Of a DNA stretch of 64,000 nucleotides, positions 34,500-47,725 are shown piece after piece. The notes below the pieces were generated by a model. That model worked only from the letters and a program-made list of their open reading frames with translations, made no database searches and was not told where the DNA came from. Made by a program: the position numbers and the translations under genes. Origin of the DNA: Ramazzottius varieornatus (Eukaryota > Animalia > Tardigrada); the NCBI GenBank assembly GCA_001949185.1, contig BDGG01000009.1:547624-611623 (forward strand), written 5' to 3'. Within the stretch, counting starts at the first letter, position 1. Each line of letters starts with the position of its first letter.

Positions 34500-35654
34500 G
34501 ATGTGCTTCTCTGTTGACAGCCACACATATGGTTAAACCAGGAAGCACCCACAAACTTTCACTTTTGTAGACAACCCCCACAACCCAGCCGCGTTTTGTT
34601 GATAAGAAACCACACCACAAAAAGCAAAGATCAATTATCACCAAGCTGACTCCATCAGTTTACACGTCTCAGAGTAAATCAACAGGATAATGGCACTGCA
34701 AGCCAGACAGTGCGTCGCTAAGCTTGGTTTCGCTTGGCGATCACACGGTCAAAAGTTACTTCCGTGTTTGTCGTAGCGAAGTAATGATATCTATAGCTAC
34801 CATTGAAGAAACGCATCAAAAAGACTTACTGGTTTATTTTTCTTCTTCTCTCTCTTCGGCACCGATGAGTGAAGCGGGTCCGCCCGCGGGCTAAATGATG
34901 TCGAGGCTTTCAGTGATTCAGTCCTCTGCAATAAGTAAAAGTATCGGATGACATTTTAATGATATGCAGACAATGGAAAAGGTAGCTTCTCCGGTCTGAG
35001 ATGTCTTAAAAGAATCGTAAAGATAGTCCAAGAACAATACCGCGAACGGAGAAGATGGTCAATATGGCGCAAAGTTCCCGCTGAGGTTCCCCGGCGTTTG
35101 ATAGCCTTTTCCTGGTCAGCTTCCGAAGAACGTCACCCTCACGTTGTTCTTCGAGCACAAACTCGTAAAAAAACTTCTCTATTATAGAAAAAAGTTGTGG
35201 CAAAAAGAAAACAGTGTGAAAAGTGTAGCTTACCGACCAGGTTGGTCACGAAGTTTACCGGGAATGTGGTGAATGCTAAAGACAATGTAGAGCGTCGACT
35301 TCGTCCGTAGACTGGCTTGGGTACTGAGCTCTCGTTAAAACGTTGAAACGACCGTCTTGTCGGAGAAAACGTTCTGGACATGTCCGTTTATCAACTGTAT
35401 AATATCAACGAAGATTTACCAATTTGTTTGTCAATGTCGCGCGGGCTTCCCTTAGTAGGGCAAAGAACTCTAAATGCGGCAGAACGATTGGTGATAGATT
35501 CTTACCTGCAAAAAAACGTCAGGTGGTTCCTTCGTTACAATGCCTTTGGCAAAACTACAAAAGCGCAGCAAAATGGAAAACAACACGAAATCTTTTCTGC
35601 AAATTTGGTTTAGAATACTTCCAAAAACTAGCCCTTGGGTTTGACAAGAGACGT

Positions 35655-35851
35655 GGGAGGTCGGTAAACGGGTTGAACATGATCGTTTTTCTAGCCGGCG
35701 CACTTTCTCAGCCGACAACAATGAAAGGGTACGCCAATTAGGGAAATAATCCTGTCCCATTTTCTTAAGTGGCGCGCATCTTCGGCTAGGAACAATAAGA
35801 ACGTGCGCCACTTGACATAACGAGCAGGTTCGCTTCATTTGCGGACTTACC
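35655..35851. repeat. Palindromic element dimer
   Basis: GGGAGGTCGG start, two cores. Confidence 0.8.
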
Positions 35852-36469
35852 GAGTGGTGCCACCTGCGAACCTCTTGTCTGCCGCAAGAAAAACTAATGT
35901 AGATTACCAAAGAGTCTGTCATCTCTTCTGTCAAAATTGGTGATGACAGCCACGACAGGCGGTGCGAATTCCAGACATAATTTTTTCACGGATGATTTCC
36001 ACTCCGACACAGAAGAAGCGTGTTGGATTCTAGGGCGTAATCTGCAAAGCGCATAAGGTTTTCCTCTTATCTTTCGTCGGCTTTGCACGCTTGAATGCTT
36101 GACTGGCAAGAAGGCTTGTAGTTGGGACATGGCGTTCTGTGCAGCCGATGGTATTAATGTGTCAAAAACTGGGTTACTACTAATACGACTCATTTATCAT
36201 ACTCACTGCCAGGAATTCCCGCTCTTCGTCTTGCGTGGTGAAGAGCTCTTTGAAGCATCTTACCTTCTGTCTTGCAGTCGCAGGAACCGTAACATGTTTC
36301 ATGCAAATTTGGCTGAACCTTCGACCAGATGGATTACCGCCATAATCACTATTTTAATCCTTCTTGTCTTGAAGCCACATTCTGTACATCCCAATGATCC
36401 TCTGAACGAAACCATCGAACACCTAAAAGCGAATTTCCGCTACTTAGCCTGTAGCCGCTAAAACCAATA

Positions 36470-36578
36470 AGAAGTTCGGCAGTGAAGCTCGACAAGACTG
36501 TTTTCCCAAGCAGCGCACGCTTTCAATGTTACTGGCTGGAGAGTGCGCCACTTGGAAACGATCTTGTCGAGTTGTCTT
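36470..36578. repeat. Palindromic element monomer
   Basis: CTCGACAAGAC..core..GATCTTGTCGAG. Confidence 0.85.
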
Positions 36579-37307
36579 TCACTATTTTCCAATATTTCTA
36601 CGTGCGAAAATTTTGGCGATGTTATTTTCTGGTATTTTGATTCAGACGGTAGACACTGTGCATTACGTGAAGCGATTATGCGGGTCGACTGCTGGTCTGC
36701 CCACTGTGACTGCAAGGACTCTTGGCCAAAGATAGCTGTGCCGCTGTTTAGTAACCAGAGAACCTGCAAAACAGAATTCTGACCAATATTAGTTGCGGCA
36801 CTGCCCATTCCGATTATCATCGGATCAGAGAGATCCGGTGATTATTTGTGGGACGTCCAACCGATAGCTGACGATGGCTGATAAGCTCAACTCGACAGTC
36901 TCACCAGTCACCACTGCGCCTTCTTTTTTGGTCGCGCCACTTTGACGTCAGTTCAAGCATCTGGCAAAGAGACACCAGAATAATATTTCAGGCCATTTTC
37001 CGTTACTCATCGATAAACTTGTGCCTTATAGGACTTTACACTACATACCACGGTCCACTTATGCTGAAGCACGCGAAATATGCATCTCGCTTTCGGGGTG
37101 AAAGCTGGCAAAAGTGATGGATCTCAGCTGTTGTTATTTTGCCGCGATCATGCTATAAAGGGGGAAATGCCCATATCGGCATGATGGAACAATTTGTCCC
37201 TGCAATTGATCATGTCCACTTGATGCCCTAAAGCGAGTCAACAACTCAAACTTTTCTTCTAATTTTACCGATTCAGAGACAAGTGGCTCAATGCGGCGTC
37301 GTAAGCC

Positions 37308-39831
37308 ATGCTGAATTCACGCACCGCGAAGGTGGTGACTTCCCTAATTATCCTCAGCTGCTGTTTGGCTGGAAGTCTTCATGGCGGTAGTCCGTCTTGT
37401 CCGCCGTTGAAACTTCCTTATGGGCGAGTTTCATATCAGAATGAACAACGAAGCGCGAAGTTCGTCTGTAACCCCGGCTTCCGCATGTTCGGCAAGTCCG
37501 TCATCCAGTGCTGGAATGGTGTCTGGAAGGACTTCCCGCCGATTTGCTTCAGTGTTGGTACAGTATCCTAATCCAACACATTCACGCACGTGTACACAGG
37601 GAAGGTCGGCGGAAGAAACGTTTTTCAAAGTGGCGCATATTCTAATTGTCATCACCCGGAAACGAGCGCCACTTGGAAAACTCGACAAGATCGCTATCTC
37701 AAGTGGCGCGCATTGTCGCTGTCATTGGTTGGGAAAGTGCGTCGATTGGGATAACGACCTTCTACGTTTCGTTTGCCGGCATTCCACAGTTGTCTGCATT
37801 GTGTTCTGGATAACAACTGTAATATTTCTAACTTCCTGATAGAGCCTGGATGTCCCATTATCCGCCAGATCCCGAATGGCCGCGTCTTTCAGTCTCAAGA
37901 AAATGCAATCATTGCCGTTCACTGCAACGTCGGCTTCGAGAGGAAAGGTTCGCATGTCATGTTCTGCAATGGAACAAGATGGAACGATACCATCCCCGTT
38001 TGCGCAGGTATTCCGGAAAACCTCTGCTTGGTACTACAGTAGTTTGTATCTTCAAATACTATTGTACGACATATTATCGCAGAAAAACCGAAGGTTGACC
38101 TTCGTCCTATCATGACAAAGTCCAAAATTACCGATGCGAATTTTCTAAAACCTGATACGAACAGTGGAATAAACTGTACCTTTGATAACGGCGGAACATG
38201 TGGATGGATCCAGGAAAGTGCCTCAGTGTATCGATGGACAGTCCAGAATGTCAGCCCCAACAGCACTTCAACCATCGGACCTCTCCATGACGTCACTTCC
38301 GGGTCGCCATCTCAGCCAGGTAGAGAATCCATCTGCAAAACCACTACTGTTATAATGTCCAAGCTGTTCAAATCCACTGTCACTGCAGGGAGATACCTGT
38401 TTGCTCGACCAACGACCACCGGACTTCCTACAGATACTGCTCGTCTGCTGTCCCCAGTAGTCACTCCCAGCCAGGACGCAAACTTTTGTCTGTCATTTTG
38501 GTACTATCTAAGTGGAATCCGCCCGAGTAAAAACCACCCGCCTTCTAATCCTAATTCTTTTCTTCTACGAGCTAGCTTAAAACCTTTCGTTTTTTCAGGA
38601 ATTTTAACTGCCTCGTTGATACCATTCAACTCTACCGAAACGCAAAATGACGAAGTCGAGCTCGCTCAACAAAGCGGCGATCAAGGCGATCGCTGGTCGC
38701 GAATCCGGGTCTCTTTCTACGAACCCAACCCCTTCCGAGTACGCTCGTCTCTCCTTACCCTTTTCAAGTGGCGCAGTGTCCAACAAAGAACTCTTTTCTT
38801 GCAGTTGAGCTTCCAAGCACCCAGAGGAGTTCCTTACGCTGCTGATGTCGGTAAGCGAGACTGAAACGCGAATCAAGCAGGAAGACTCAACAAGATCGTT
38901 TCCCCCAAGTGGCGCATGTTTCTGCTGTTGTTAGCTGGAAACCTGCGCCACTTGGGAAAGCCAACTTGTCAGTTGTTTCCCAGGCGGCGCATACTATCAG
39001 CTAACAAGACTGAAAATGTGCGTCACTTGGAAGAGCAATCTTGTCGAGTTTGTCTGCCGAGCTCTGAAATTATTTATCTACTGTTCGCTGAGTAAACGAC
39101 AACTGTTTTTGCGTGTGTTTGCAGCTGTGGACGACATCGAGCTTTCAGAATCCCTGTGTTCGGCTGACTCGTCAGAACTGGACGAAACAACGAATGCTAA
39201 TGAGCCTACTGAATGGAACAGCATCGCCGATGACGAGGACCTTACCCAACCGGACCTCGCATCTCCATCGTCCGACTTGCGTAACTTGACTGATGGAGCG
39301 TTTCAGCTCAACTCGACTTTCGCCGATCGCGATGGAGAAGTGAACATTTCGAACTCTGTAATAGATATCGGATTAAAAGTAGTCAACATTGACATATACG
39401 AGAATGACGACAAGGACAACAAGTCTTACGTGGACGAGCCGGCCCAGTTCAACATCCAAGTCATGCATCCACACGCTTCCACCATCAACCCGACGCAGGC
39501 GGGCTATCTGGGGTATCTCAGTGCAAACAATGAATCGCGACCATCGAATGTACCAACTGGGAAAGACAACAACACGGCCCGTCCCGATAGCGGTCTGGGT
39601 CAAATCATCATGTATATTGGTATTGGTTTTGGCCTAGCTATTTTGACCGTGCTAATATTCGGTGTGATGGGTATCTTTATCTGGCGTAAACGGCGAATCA
39701 AAGCCGCAGATAACAAAGATCCCACCGGAACCGAAGAGACTGAGTTTCAGTATTTTTCCTACAATAATGAAGGCTTTCATGAAGCTGTAACGTTACCGGT
39801 TGGTCGTAAGAAATCAATAAAAAATAAATAA
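37308..39831 (+). CDS. Type I membrane protein with two Sushi/CCP domains and a MAM domain
   Basis: Signal peptide, CPPL..GRV..CNPGF..G...QCWNGVW...PIC, second CCP, CTFDNGGTCGW..W..GP.HD.T, ARLLSP, CLSFWYY, GDRW, VDDI, TM IGIGFGLAILTVLIFGVMGIFIW + RKRR. Confidence 0.85.
37599..37785. repeat. Palindromic element dimer, Sushi-MAM intron
   Basis: two cores. Confidence 0.83.
38878..39065. repeat. Palindromic element dimer, Sushi-MAM intron
   Basis: two cores, TCTTGTCGAGTTTGTCTGCCGAGCTC end. Confidence 0.86.
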
Positions 39832-39944
39832 TATTCTCCGTTGCTTTTTTTAATATAACTGTTCTCCAAATAGTTCTCGTGTTTTATTTGTCCGAGAATC
39901 ACAGCATAAAAGTCAAACAAGAAGATTGACAAATGAAACGTATG

Positions 39945-40053
39945 CAGCTTAAACCAGGTCGCTGTTTCACGTGGCGCACATTTTATTTGTTTTTGGCTGA
40001 ACGTGTGCGCCACTTAGAAAACCGACCTGGTTCCATTCATTTCCCCACGTCCC
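39945..40053. repeat. Palindromic element monomer between convergent Sushi-MAM and POLG
   Basis: GTGGCGCAC-N25-GTGCGCCAC. Confidence 0.82.
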
Positions 40054-40156
40054 AAATTTCGGTGATTCGAACAGAATAGTAAAAACTAAAGCACCCCAGT
40101 TTCTTCGTTTCTTCTTCATTTTCTTCTTAAGAACAAAATACACGGAAATGAAAGTT

Positions 40157-43100
40157 TCAAACAGAAAGTTTTCCACTGCATTTTTCGAGAGCTTGAAAGA
40201 CATCTAGCGCTTCGCCTTTGGGTACTCCATACTCTTTCTCGAGGCCTTCCGCATTGGACGGTGTACTACAGTCCAAATTCACTTCTTTCCTAATCACCTT
40301 ATCCACATCAACCGCGGAGAAGTACGCCACCGACTGGGGTAAATCACAAATGCCCACTTTGTATGCGAACATGGCCCGTGTCAGGAGGTTAGTAATGTGT
40401 AGTGCCAAGGCCGCTCTGTAGCGGTCCTCTTCGGCCACTATGTATCTTACTTCATCGTGGATACTCAACGAGAACCTTCCTTTGATGTCATATTTCCTCA
40501 TCAGCCATTTCATACAGACCAGCATGAGGTGTAAATAGTCGACAGCCGAGCTCTGAACGACCCAGTTGACCCGGCTAGTGAGAAAGTCATCTTCGACATT
40601 CTCTTTCATCAGGCACCGCGAGATGCGGCACCCGAGAACTGGCGTTCGCGGCTGTGGAGAATTGGCCACTGACTCCAACATGTTGAACATGTGGGATTCC
40701 GAGCCATTAGCCCAGATGGAGCCTTCCGTCATGTGTGACATGATTTGGCCATATTCCTTCTTGCTATCTTTCTCGCTAAACTGTTTGCCATAGGCTAGTT
40801 CGTAAATCTGCTTGACAGCCCCGTACTTGATACCTTGCTCGGTATCGGCCGGCGAGAGACCACACTGTTCGGCCAGGAACTTGCCTAACGCGTTGAGACG
40901 ATACAGACGATTGCCTTTCGCGAATGAGTAAATGCGATGAGCCTTGCCGTTGGCTTGGGCTTCTGTCAAGTCCTGACTGAAATTCTTGAGTAAGACTGCC
41001 GTGTATTCTCGACCCGCACCGTAAATGCGGCCGTAGTTGAGAATCTTTGCGTGATCGCGCCCAATCCCAGCCTGCTCTGCGGTCTTACTGTGCATGTCCG
41101 TACCGTCAGCTTTGCTTCCTTGAAGAGTCATCCAGCCAAATGCCGTACAGCCATGTTGTTGTAGCCAGTTCGCGTCGCCTAAAATGGCTGCTATCCACAA
41201 TTCCTAAATACATCAAAAGCTTAAAAAGAAGAAACCGGCAAAAAAGTCGACTCAAATCCTGTTTTTCCGACCTGCATGCAGAACAAGTCAGCCACGACGT
41301 GATCAAACGTATGCAAGTGTATGATGGAAGTTTTCTCACGAACCTATATACTACCGTGTATAGTTTTCATACAATCGGATGTATGCAGGTACGTAACTTG
41401 TACACCGCTACCGTCCCACATGCGGTTGAAATGGGAAACATTCCGACTAGAGTGCAAACGGTTTAAAAGAGGAGTGCATTCAAAAAATCTACCTGTGAGT
41501 CGACGTCTGCTCCTACGAAGTTGAAACCAGGTGGGGCTTGGATCATGGCTTTCAGTTCGCTTCCAATTCGACCCGGCTTTGCGTTACTGGCCGTCATCCA
41601 CGTGGCTTCTACCGCTCTTCTGGTTACAGTTCCCATCAGCGTCAGCCTGGGCAGTATCGCTCCCAGTCTCAAGTCATCGTTGTAGTCGGGGCTCTTGACG
41701 ATCTTGTCCGGCAAGTGCTCTATCTCCAGATGTCCAACCAGCTGAGACTCCACCCGATCCTTGTTGTTGTGCCAGTATGTGACCATCTTACTATGCTTGA
41801 TCACGTCACTGCAGCAAGGAAATGTAGCAAGTCAGATCAGAGGAAAACTAGAGCCATGTTTTGATATTCGGGACCTGGGAAAATAAAATTCACACGACTA
41901 GTTTTCCAAGCAGCGCACGCTTTCGGTCAAAAACACCGCAAATGTGCGCCAGTTGGGAAAAATCCTGTCGAGCTTCAACAAGCCTACCAAGTTTTATCAA
42001 GTGGCGCAGAAGCGTGCGCCACTTGGGAAACGATCTTCGCTGCGCGTTTTGTTTGCCGATCTCTCACCCATCTTACCTCGCGCTTCCAAAAGATGCTTTG
42101 AGAATTCCAGATTCGAAATACTGCAAGAAGTCTTTCGCGAGCGGGTTGCCGACATTGAACTCTATCCCGTTATGATGAGTTAGTCTGCGGAAGATGCATC
42201 CAGGTACGACGTCCAAGTAAGCGTTCACCTCGGCTTCCTTCACCGGCTTCTGCTTGTCCTTCGACGTGATATACTTCGCTTGCTTTGCAGCTTGGGTCCG
42301 AGCCGCAAAATCTTGGAGCTCCAAGTCTTCCCCGAAGATCTTGCTCAGCTCTTCGTCGTCAATGGTAGGAGCAGGCTGCTCAGGTCTACCGAATCTTCTG
42401 GAGACCTTCGTTGATTCAGGTGCGTCTTTCTGCTGGGCGAAGAAGGTTTGCTGCTGGTCCGGTGTCATTTCCGATATCTTATCCCAGTCGTCGTCGCTCA
42501 GCACGCTTTCAGGCTCTGGCAAGGGCTTCACAACTTCCTCTTTGACAGTTGCTACTGGTCGACCTGAAATTTTGAAAATAAATTATACATTGGGTCGTCG
42601 GTGAAAGATTTCACCCATACCGTCATCCCAAGTGGCGCACGTTGTCATTATTATCGGTCCAGACTGCGCGCCACTTGGGGAAACAATCCAGAGGAAACCA
42701 TTTGCCGACGTCTCAATTCTTCGAATTTCAAAACCAATTAGGTAGTACTTAGTGACACGTACGTACAGAAAATTGATTTCTGTCGTAAGAAGAACTGAAG
42801 TATTATTTTACCTAATTTTGTAGCCAGCTCGATAAGTTTCTGGAGAGGGAAGACCGCGTCCGCTTGGCTCTTTGTCGTCTTGGCTTTCTTCGGTTCTTCC
42901 TCATCTTTCTTCTTCTTCTTCGGACTTCTCACCGTCGTCATCGCTTCCAGCGGTGCTGGTTCCAACCACCCCCACCCATGTTCCATCGTATGATGCAGCG
43001 GCCAGCCATCCCACGTTAACTGCATCAGTTTTGGCACGACCCTCATCCTCAAACTCACCTTTCCCGGCACCGGTTCCCCCTTTTCATCCAGCTCCACCTT

Positions 43101-46100
43101 ATCACACATGTCCCTAAACCACTTGGGATACCCAGCCAGCTCTGCACTTTTCGTTCTCGTCGTCACTTTCTGTGTGGACCAATCCAGATCCCACATCCAC
43201 AGGTCATTCTTGTACTCATCGTTCTCTCTCAGCGCCAACCGTTCTCTAGCCAGCTTGACCAAGTCGTTATTCATCTCTTGCTCGAGCTTATCGCAGGCTG
43301 CGTTGGACTTACTGATGTACGTCTCCCAGTTCTTGTTGACAGGCAAGTATGCCGAACTCATTTCTAAGAGACCACCTAAACAGAATAATGACACTGGTCA
43401 AATTATAGCTCGGAACATAAACTCGACAAGATCGTACTCCTAAGTGGCGCATGTTTACAGTGTTACTGGCTGAAAGCGTACGCCACTTGGGAAACTAATC
43501 TTGTCGAGTTGGTTTTCCCAAGTGGCGCATGTGTTCACTGTTCTCAGTACAGTAATAAAAATTGTGAGACAGGCGGAAGGGACGGCGAAGTGGAAATTCG
43601 ACCGTAGAAAAGTGTCTAAAAATGTATTGCTGTGAATCGGTCGCGTACGTACGTGCTACCGTAACGCCGTAGCGAAAAGGCTTGTACGAGGTATTATGAT
43701 TTCTCGTCCTGCGTGTACTATTGGCTGGCAGCATGTGCTAGTTGAAAAAGCGCGCTAAGATCACGTTCTCAAGTGGCGCGCATTTTCGAGGCCACTGGTT
43801 GACAGCGTGCGCCGCTTGGAAAAAACGATCTCGTCGAGTTTGTTTGCCAAAGTACCCAAAAATCAAAATTGACGCTGGCTTTTCCTATGTGGCGCTTTTG
43901 GCAAGATTCCAAATTGTTCAGGAAACGACTTTTTCTGGAGGGGTGTTAGACGAACGTTCTGAACGGCTGATACAGTCATCCAGAGCATTCTTTCTAGTAG
44001 GCAGTTGCACAAACGAGGAAGCCATTTTGTTTGGGAATCACAGGGATATGAATTTTCGCGCCAAGGGTCCGGAAGACAAAGCGGTCATGTTTAAGCTGAT
44101 TTCGCCACTCGCCAGTCGCCAGTGATAAAATAATTCAAGTACAGTCCTACCTGTGAGATGTCAGTTCAAACGCTCGACCTCAGTTCCTGACTGTACGTGT
44201 GTACACGGGGCTGTTCACTTTGCTGTTCGCATGAGACCGATCAGCTGATCAGACACGCGCTTGATTACTTGATCAAGTCAAGCTATAACCGGACGTCGAT
44301 CAGCTGATCGTGCTGCGCAGTCCATGGCCAGCAGTGTCGTGCATAAACACATACGATGCTGAGCTGCGTTGACCGGCTTTGTACGATGACTAACGCAATT
44401 AATTAGTTGACGGCATCGCCAAGTTTGCTTCAGGTGAAGCTGTTGTCCTGCTCACCTTTCAGCCACTGGTCAAACTTTCGGTTTGAGTGCCAAGCGTGCC
44501 AACTCTAAATGTACGCGTATCTGACTGTCCCCTAGATTCTCATGTCAAAAAAGGGCGAAAAAGTCGCCATGACCAAAAGCGCCATTCAGCAAAAACCAGC
44601 GTCAATTGGTTGGACAGTTACAAACATACCGAATGTGACGGGGTGCGGCATGGCTTCGCGGAACTTCGGAATCAATGCTTGAGTAAGTTGATGGGTAGCA
44701 CGGACGTCGTTGCCGCAGTAAGTCATCAAAGGCTGGAACTTCTCTCGAACTTGATCTAACGTTCCGTCGACGAAGACCTTCTGGAGTTGTTTGTCGTAGG
44801 GTAGTTTGGCGGAGCAGTGGAGTTGGTAGACATCTTCCAGGTTGTTCATCGCACCTACTTCCAACCATCGTTGAGTGCTGTTATCGTCATCTCTCTTTGA
44901 CGATGCCTTCTTCTTCGCCTGTGAAAACACTGCACTTACTGAGTTACAGAGACCACAAAGGCGAAAAGTGACTTACGATTGCTTTCTGTTTGGCAATTTC
45001 CTCCGGTTTCTTCTTTCTCGCCGCATTCAGTTTCATATGGACAGCTCGTTGGGCCGTGGTGAAACCTGCTAGAGCGATATGCATGGACATCGTATCTACA
45101 AAGCGTAGTTGTGACCCTTGAGGGAAGTACTGCTCGACGATGTAGGACCGATCGAAGGAGACGTTATGCCCGACAGCGACTCTTGGTCTCCAGTCCACCT
45201 GGTCTATGGACGAGCCTGGGGATGCCTCTAGAGGGATGAGGTGCTCCAGCTGCAAACGACCACCAGGCGCGAGAGGTTCTTCCGTGTTGTCCACCAGTCT
45301 TCTACTACACCACGAGTACCAGTTCGTGGAAGACAGAGCGGTCGCTAAAGTAGGGTACTTTCCCTCCGTCATGCAGGTTTCAACGTCAAAGACCAAGGCA
45401 TCGTCCGGGGGGAACGGAACTCCTTCTGTAGTTCCATCCGTGCTATATTTCGTCCATCCTAGAACCGCAGGAAACCGGGTAAGATACAAGAGCTCAGAAA
45501 ACAAACTCGACCAGACCTTTTCTTCAAGTGGCGCACTGGTTTGGTGATAACAGCTGAAGCGTGCGCCACTTGAGAAAGCAATCTTTTGTGAGTTCCAACT
45601 AAGTGACGCACGTTGTTCGTGTTAGAGGCTGGAAGCGTGCGCCACTTGGGAAGGCGATCTGGGCGAATTTGTTTGGCGAGCTTTCATATGCGCTAAGAAT
45701 GCTATGCGAGGTAATCAACACATACCAGGTGTGAAGGCCCATTTTTTCGGGAGAGGCGGAGCAGTTCTGGCGATGAGTTTGTCGAGAGCGTCTACATAAG
45801 GCTGTGTTTGTTCGATGGCGATGTTCCGGAAGTGTTCCTCGATGTTGACTCCAAGAAGAGCCGGTAAGTTCACGTCAGGAACGGATAAGGGCTTCGGCTG
45901 AGTGCCCCAAAGGCCTTTAGCCTTCAGGTGAGCGATACATTGCTTCTCCGTGGACGACGACGGGATGGCCACAGGTGCTTTGAATAAGACTTGGCGCTGC
46001 TCTTCGGGAATCATCTGTATTCTCACCAGATTGAACCGTACAGCAGGATCCGACGGCTTAGAGGTGGATGATGACTGTTGGTCAGCTTTCTCTTCCTTCG

Positions 46101-46254
46101 GAGCTTTCGTCTTGAGGACTGTGGAGAAGCGTCGAGTCGTTGATCCGAGCTGACTTCCGGCCGGTGTTTCCGAAGATAGCCTTCTCAAGTGATCTGAAAA
46201 TAAGTTCACCGTCATACTTCGACATCGATGGCAGTAGTTCAGCACTACCGCCAT
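40157..46254 (-). CDS. POLG: Mitochondrial DNA polymerase gamma catalytic subunit
   Basis: Exo motifs VFDVET, VGHNVSFDRS, YCGNDV; Pol motifs VGADVDSQE, RDHAKILNYGRIYGAG, SIHDEVRY; GTVTRRAVE, VNWVVQSSAVDYLH. Confidence 0.97.
41868..42066. repeat. Palindromic element dimer, POLG intron
   Basis: one full and one spacer-deleted core. Confidence 0.8.
42592..42714. repeat. Palindromic element monomer, POLG intron
   Basis: CCCAAGTGGCGCAC-N25-GCGCGCCACTTGGG. Confidence 0.85.
43407..43535. repeat. Palindromic element, POLG large intron
   Basis: full core plus half core. Confidence 0.83.
43715..43857. repeat. Palindromic element, POLG large intron
   Basis: half core plus full core. Confidence 0.8.
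45489..45684. repeat. Palindromic element dimer, POLG intron
   Basis: GAGCTC..two cores..GAGCT. Confidence 0.86.
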
Positions 46255-46737
46255 GGCAGCTACTCCAGAATCCGCCCCAGCTACTTGTGGTACTGAGGTG
46301 GGGATTACGGTCCAGATCCAAAACGACAAGAGTCCAAACCTAAAACTAAAGTTTTCTGAAGACGAGCATCTGGTATAACTGGACCACTGGTTAATTTAAG
46401 GCCACATCAATCAACAATAAAATCGTCGCCAGCTGGTTCAGCTGATGGTCGGCCATCAGCTAGATAAGGCCGGATTTGTGGATAATGGCAGTACACAAGC
46501 GTGGGATTGATTGAAACTCTTCTTGATTGTTCTGTACGTGGTATGGCTTCGGCATGCGGCTGGGTTGACGGTCCAGGATCTCAAGCGCATCGCTGCTGGG
46601 TGTTTTTTCTGCTTGCTAAAACGACGTAATTATGGAAATCTGACCGCCCAGTTGTTCAATCGGATCTGAATTGTCGTCCAACTCAAGATTAAGAACTTTG
46701 CTGTGAGAGAAAGAATCTTTACGAGCATCAAGCACCG

Positions 46738-47471
46738 ATGGCTCATCACGCGGAACATGGCGTCAGGTCGGAAGACGAACTGGGGAGGAAGTGGGATCGG
46801 TGCATCGCTGACAGCATGATCAAGTTTGGTAAGATAACTGCTTTCCGCACTTTGTTAATGCAACTCTTGCTTCGTGATATATCTAGCCTCTGTGACATTT
46901 TGCGTCATTGTAAGAATGGGGGATCGGTATCTCGCGGTCTGAATGCACCTGGCAGGTGCGCAAGTTGATGCGGGTCGCGGGCAGCCAGGAGGTGTGCTCG
47001 TCTTTCACTTGGAAAGCTTGCGATGTTTTGTATTTTGCAGCCGGAGGAGTCGGTCTCGGAACACTGTTTTCGCTGCTTTTCTTCAAACGCCGAGCATGGC
47101 CAGCCATTCTGGGAGCCGGAATGGGCATCGGGATGGGTTACAGTAATTGTCAACATAGCTTTCAAAATCCGTACGTCTCGCATCCGTCGAGCAGCTACAA
47201 GAAGAAACCTCATGGATCGTCTACGGTAAGCCAGCAGCTTTGTCCTGCTGCAGACATGCGCATCATATGCATGCTACATTTTGCGGATGGTCATCTTGAT
47301 TCTTTTCTTTCATAGGCGAGCCATTTTTTCTCGTCTGCCAGTTCGCTTCTACCCTTCACATCGTCGGGTGCAGATCACTCCACCAATTCGCCATCACCTC
47401 TCGCTGATCATCCTTCTCAGTTTAGTGATAAGGAAATCACGGACACGACGCCTGATAAACCCAAACTGTGA
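46738..47471 (+). CDS. MICOS10: MICOS complex subunit Mic10 (exons 46738-46828, 47041-47225, 47316-47471)
   Basis: SEDELGRKWDRC, GVGLGTLFSLLFFKRRAWP, GAGMGIGMGYSNC. Confidence 0.92.
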
Positions 47472-47725
47472 GATATAACCGGAATCGCGTTTATTTATAT
47501 AGTAAGTTTACCTCTATTTTGATTGTGAGTTATGTATGCTCGATGGTTCGTTTTCAGATAGGTTTTCGTGGTTGTTGTAAACAGTCTCTTGCGTGACTGG
47601 AAATTCATTTAACCAACATGTGAGGTTTTCTCTCCAGATCCAGTCTCCCAGTGTAAACTGTGTGGGTCGTATCGAAAAAAGAGACAAAGAAAATTTACAC
47701 GTGAAATAAAGGAGTAAACAGAAAA

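Noticed and set aside
41270-41392. ACCTGCATGCA / TGTATGCAGGT short inverted ends in a POLG intron
   Set aside because: Too short, and only one copy in the window.
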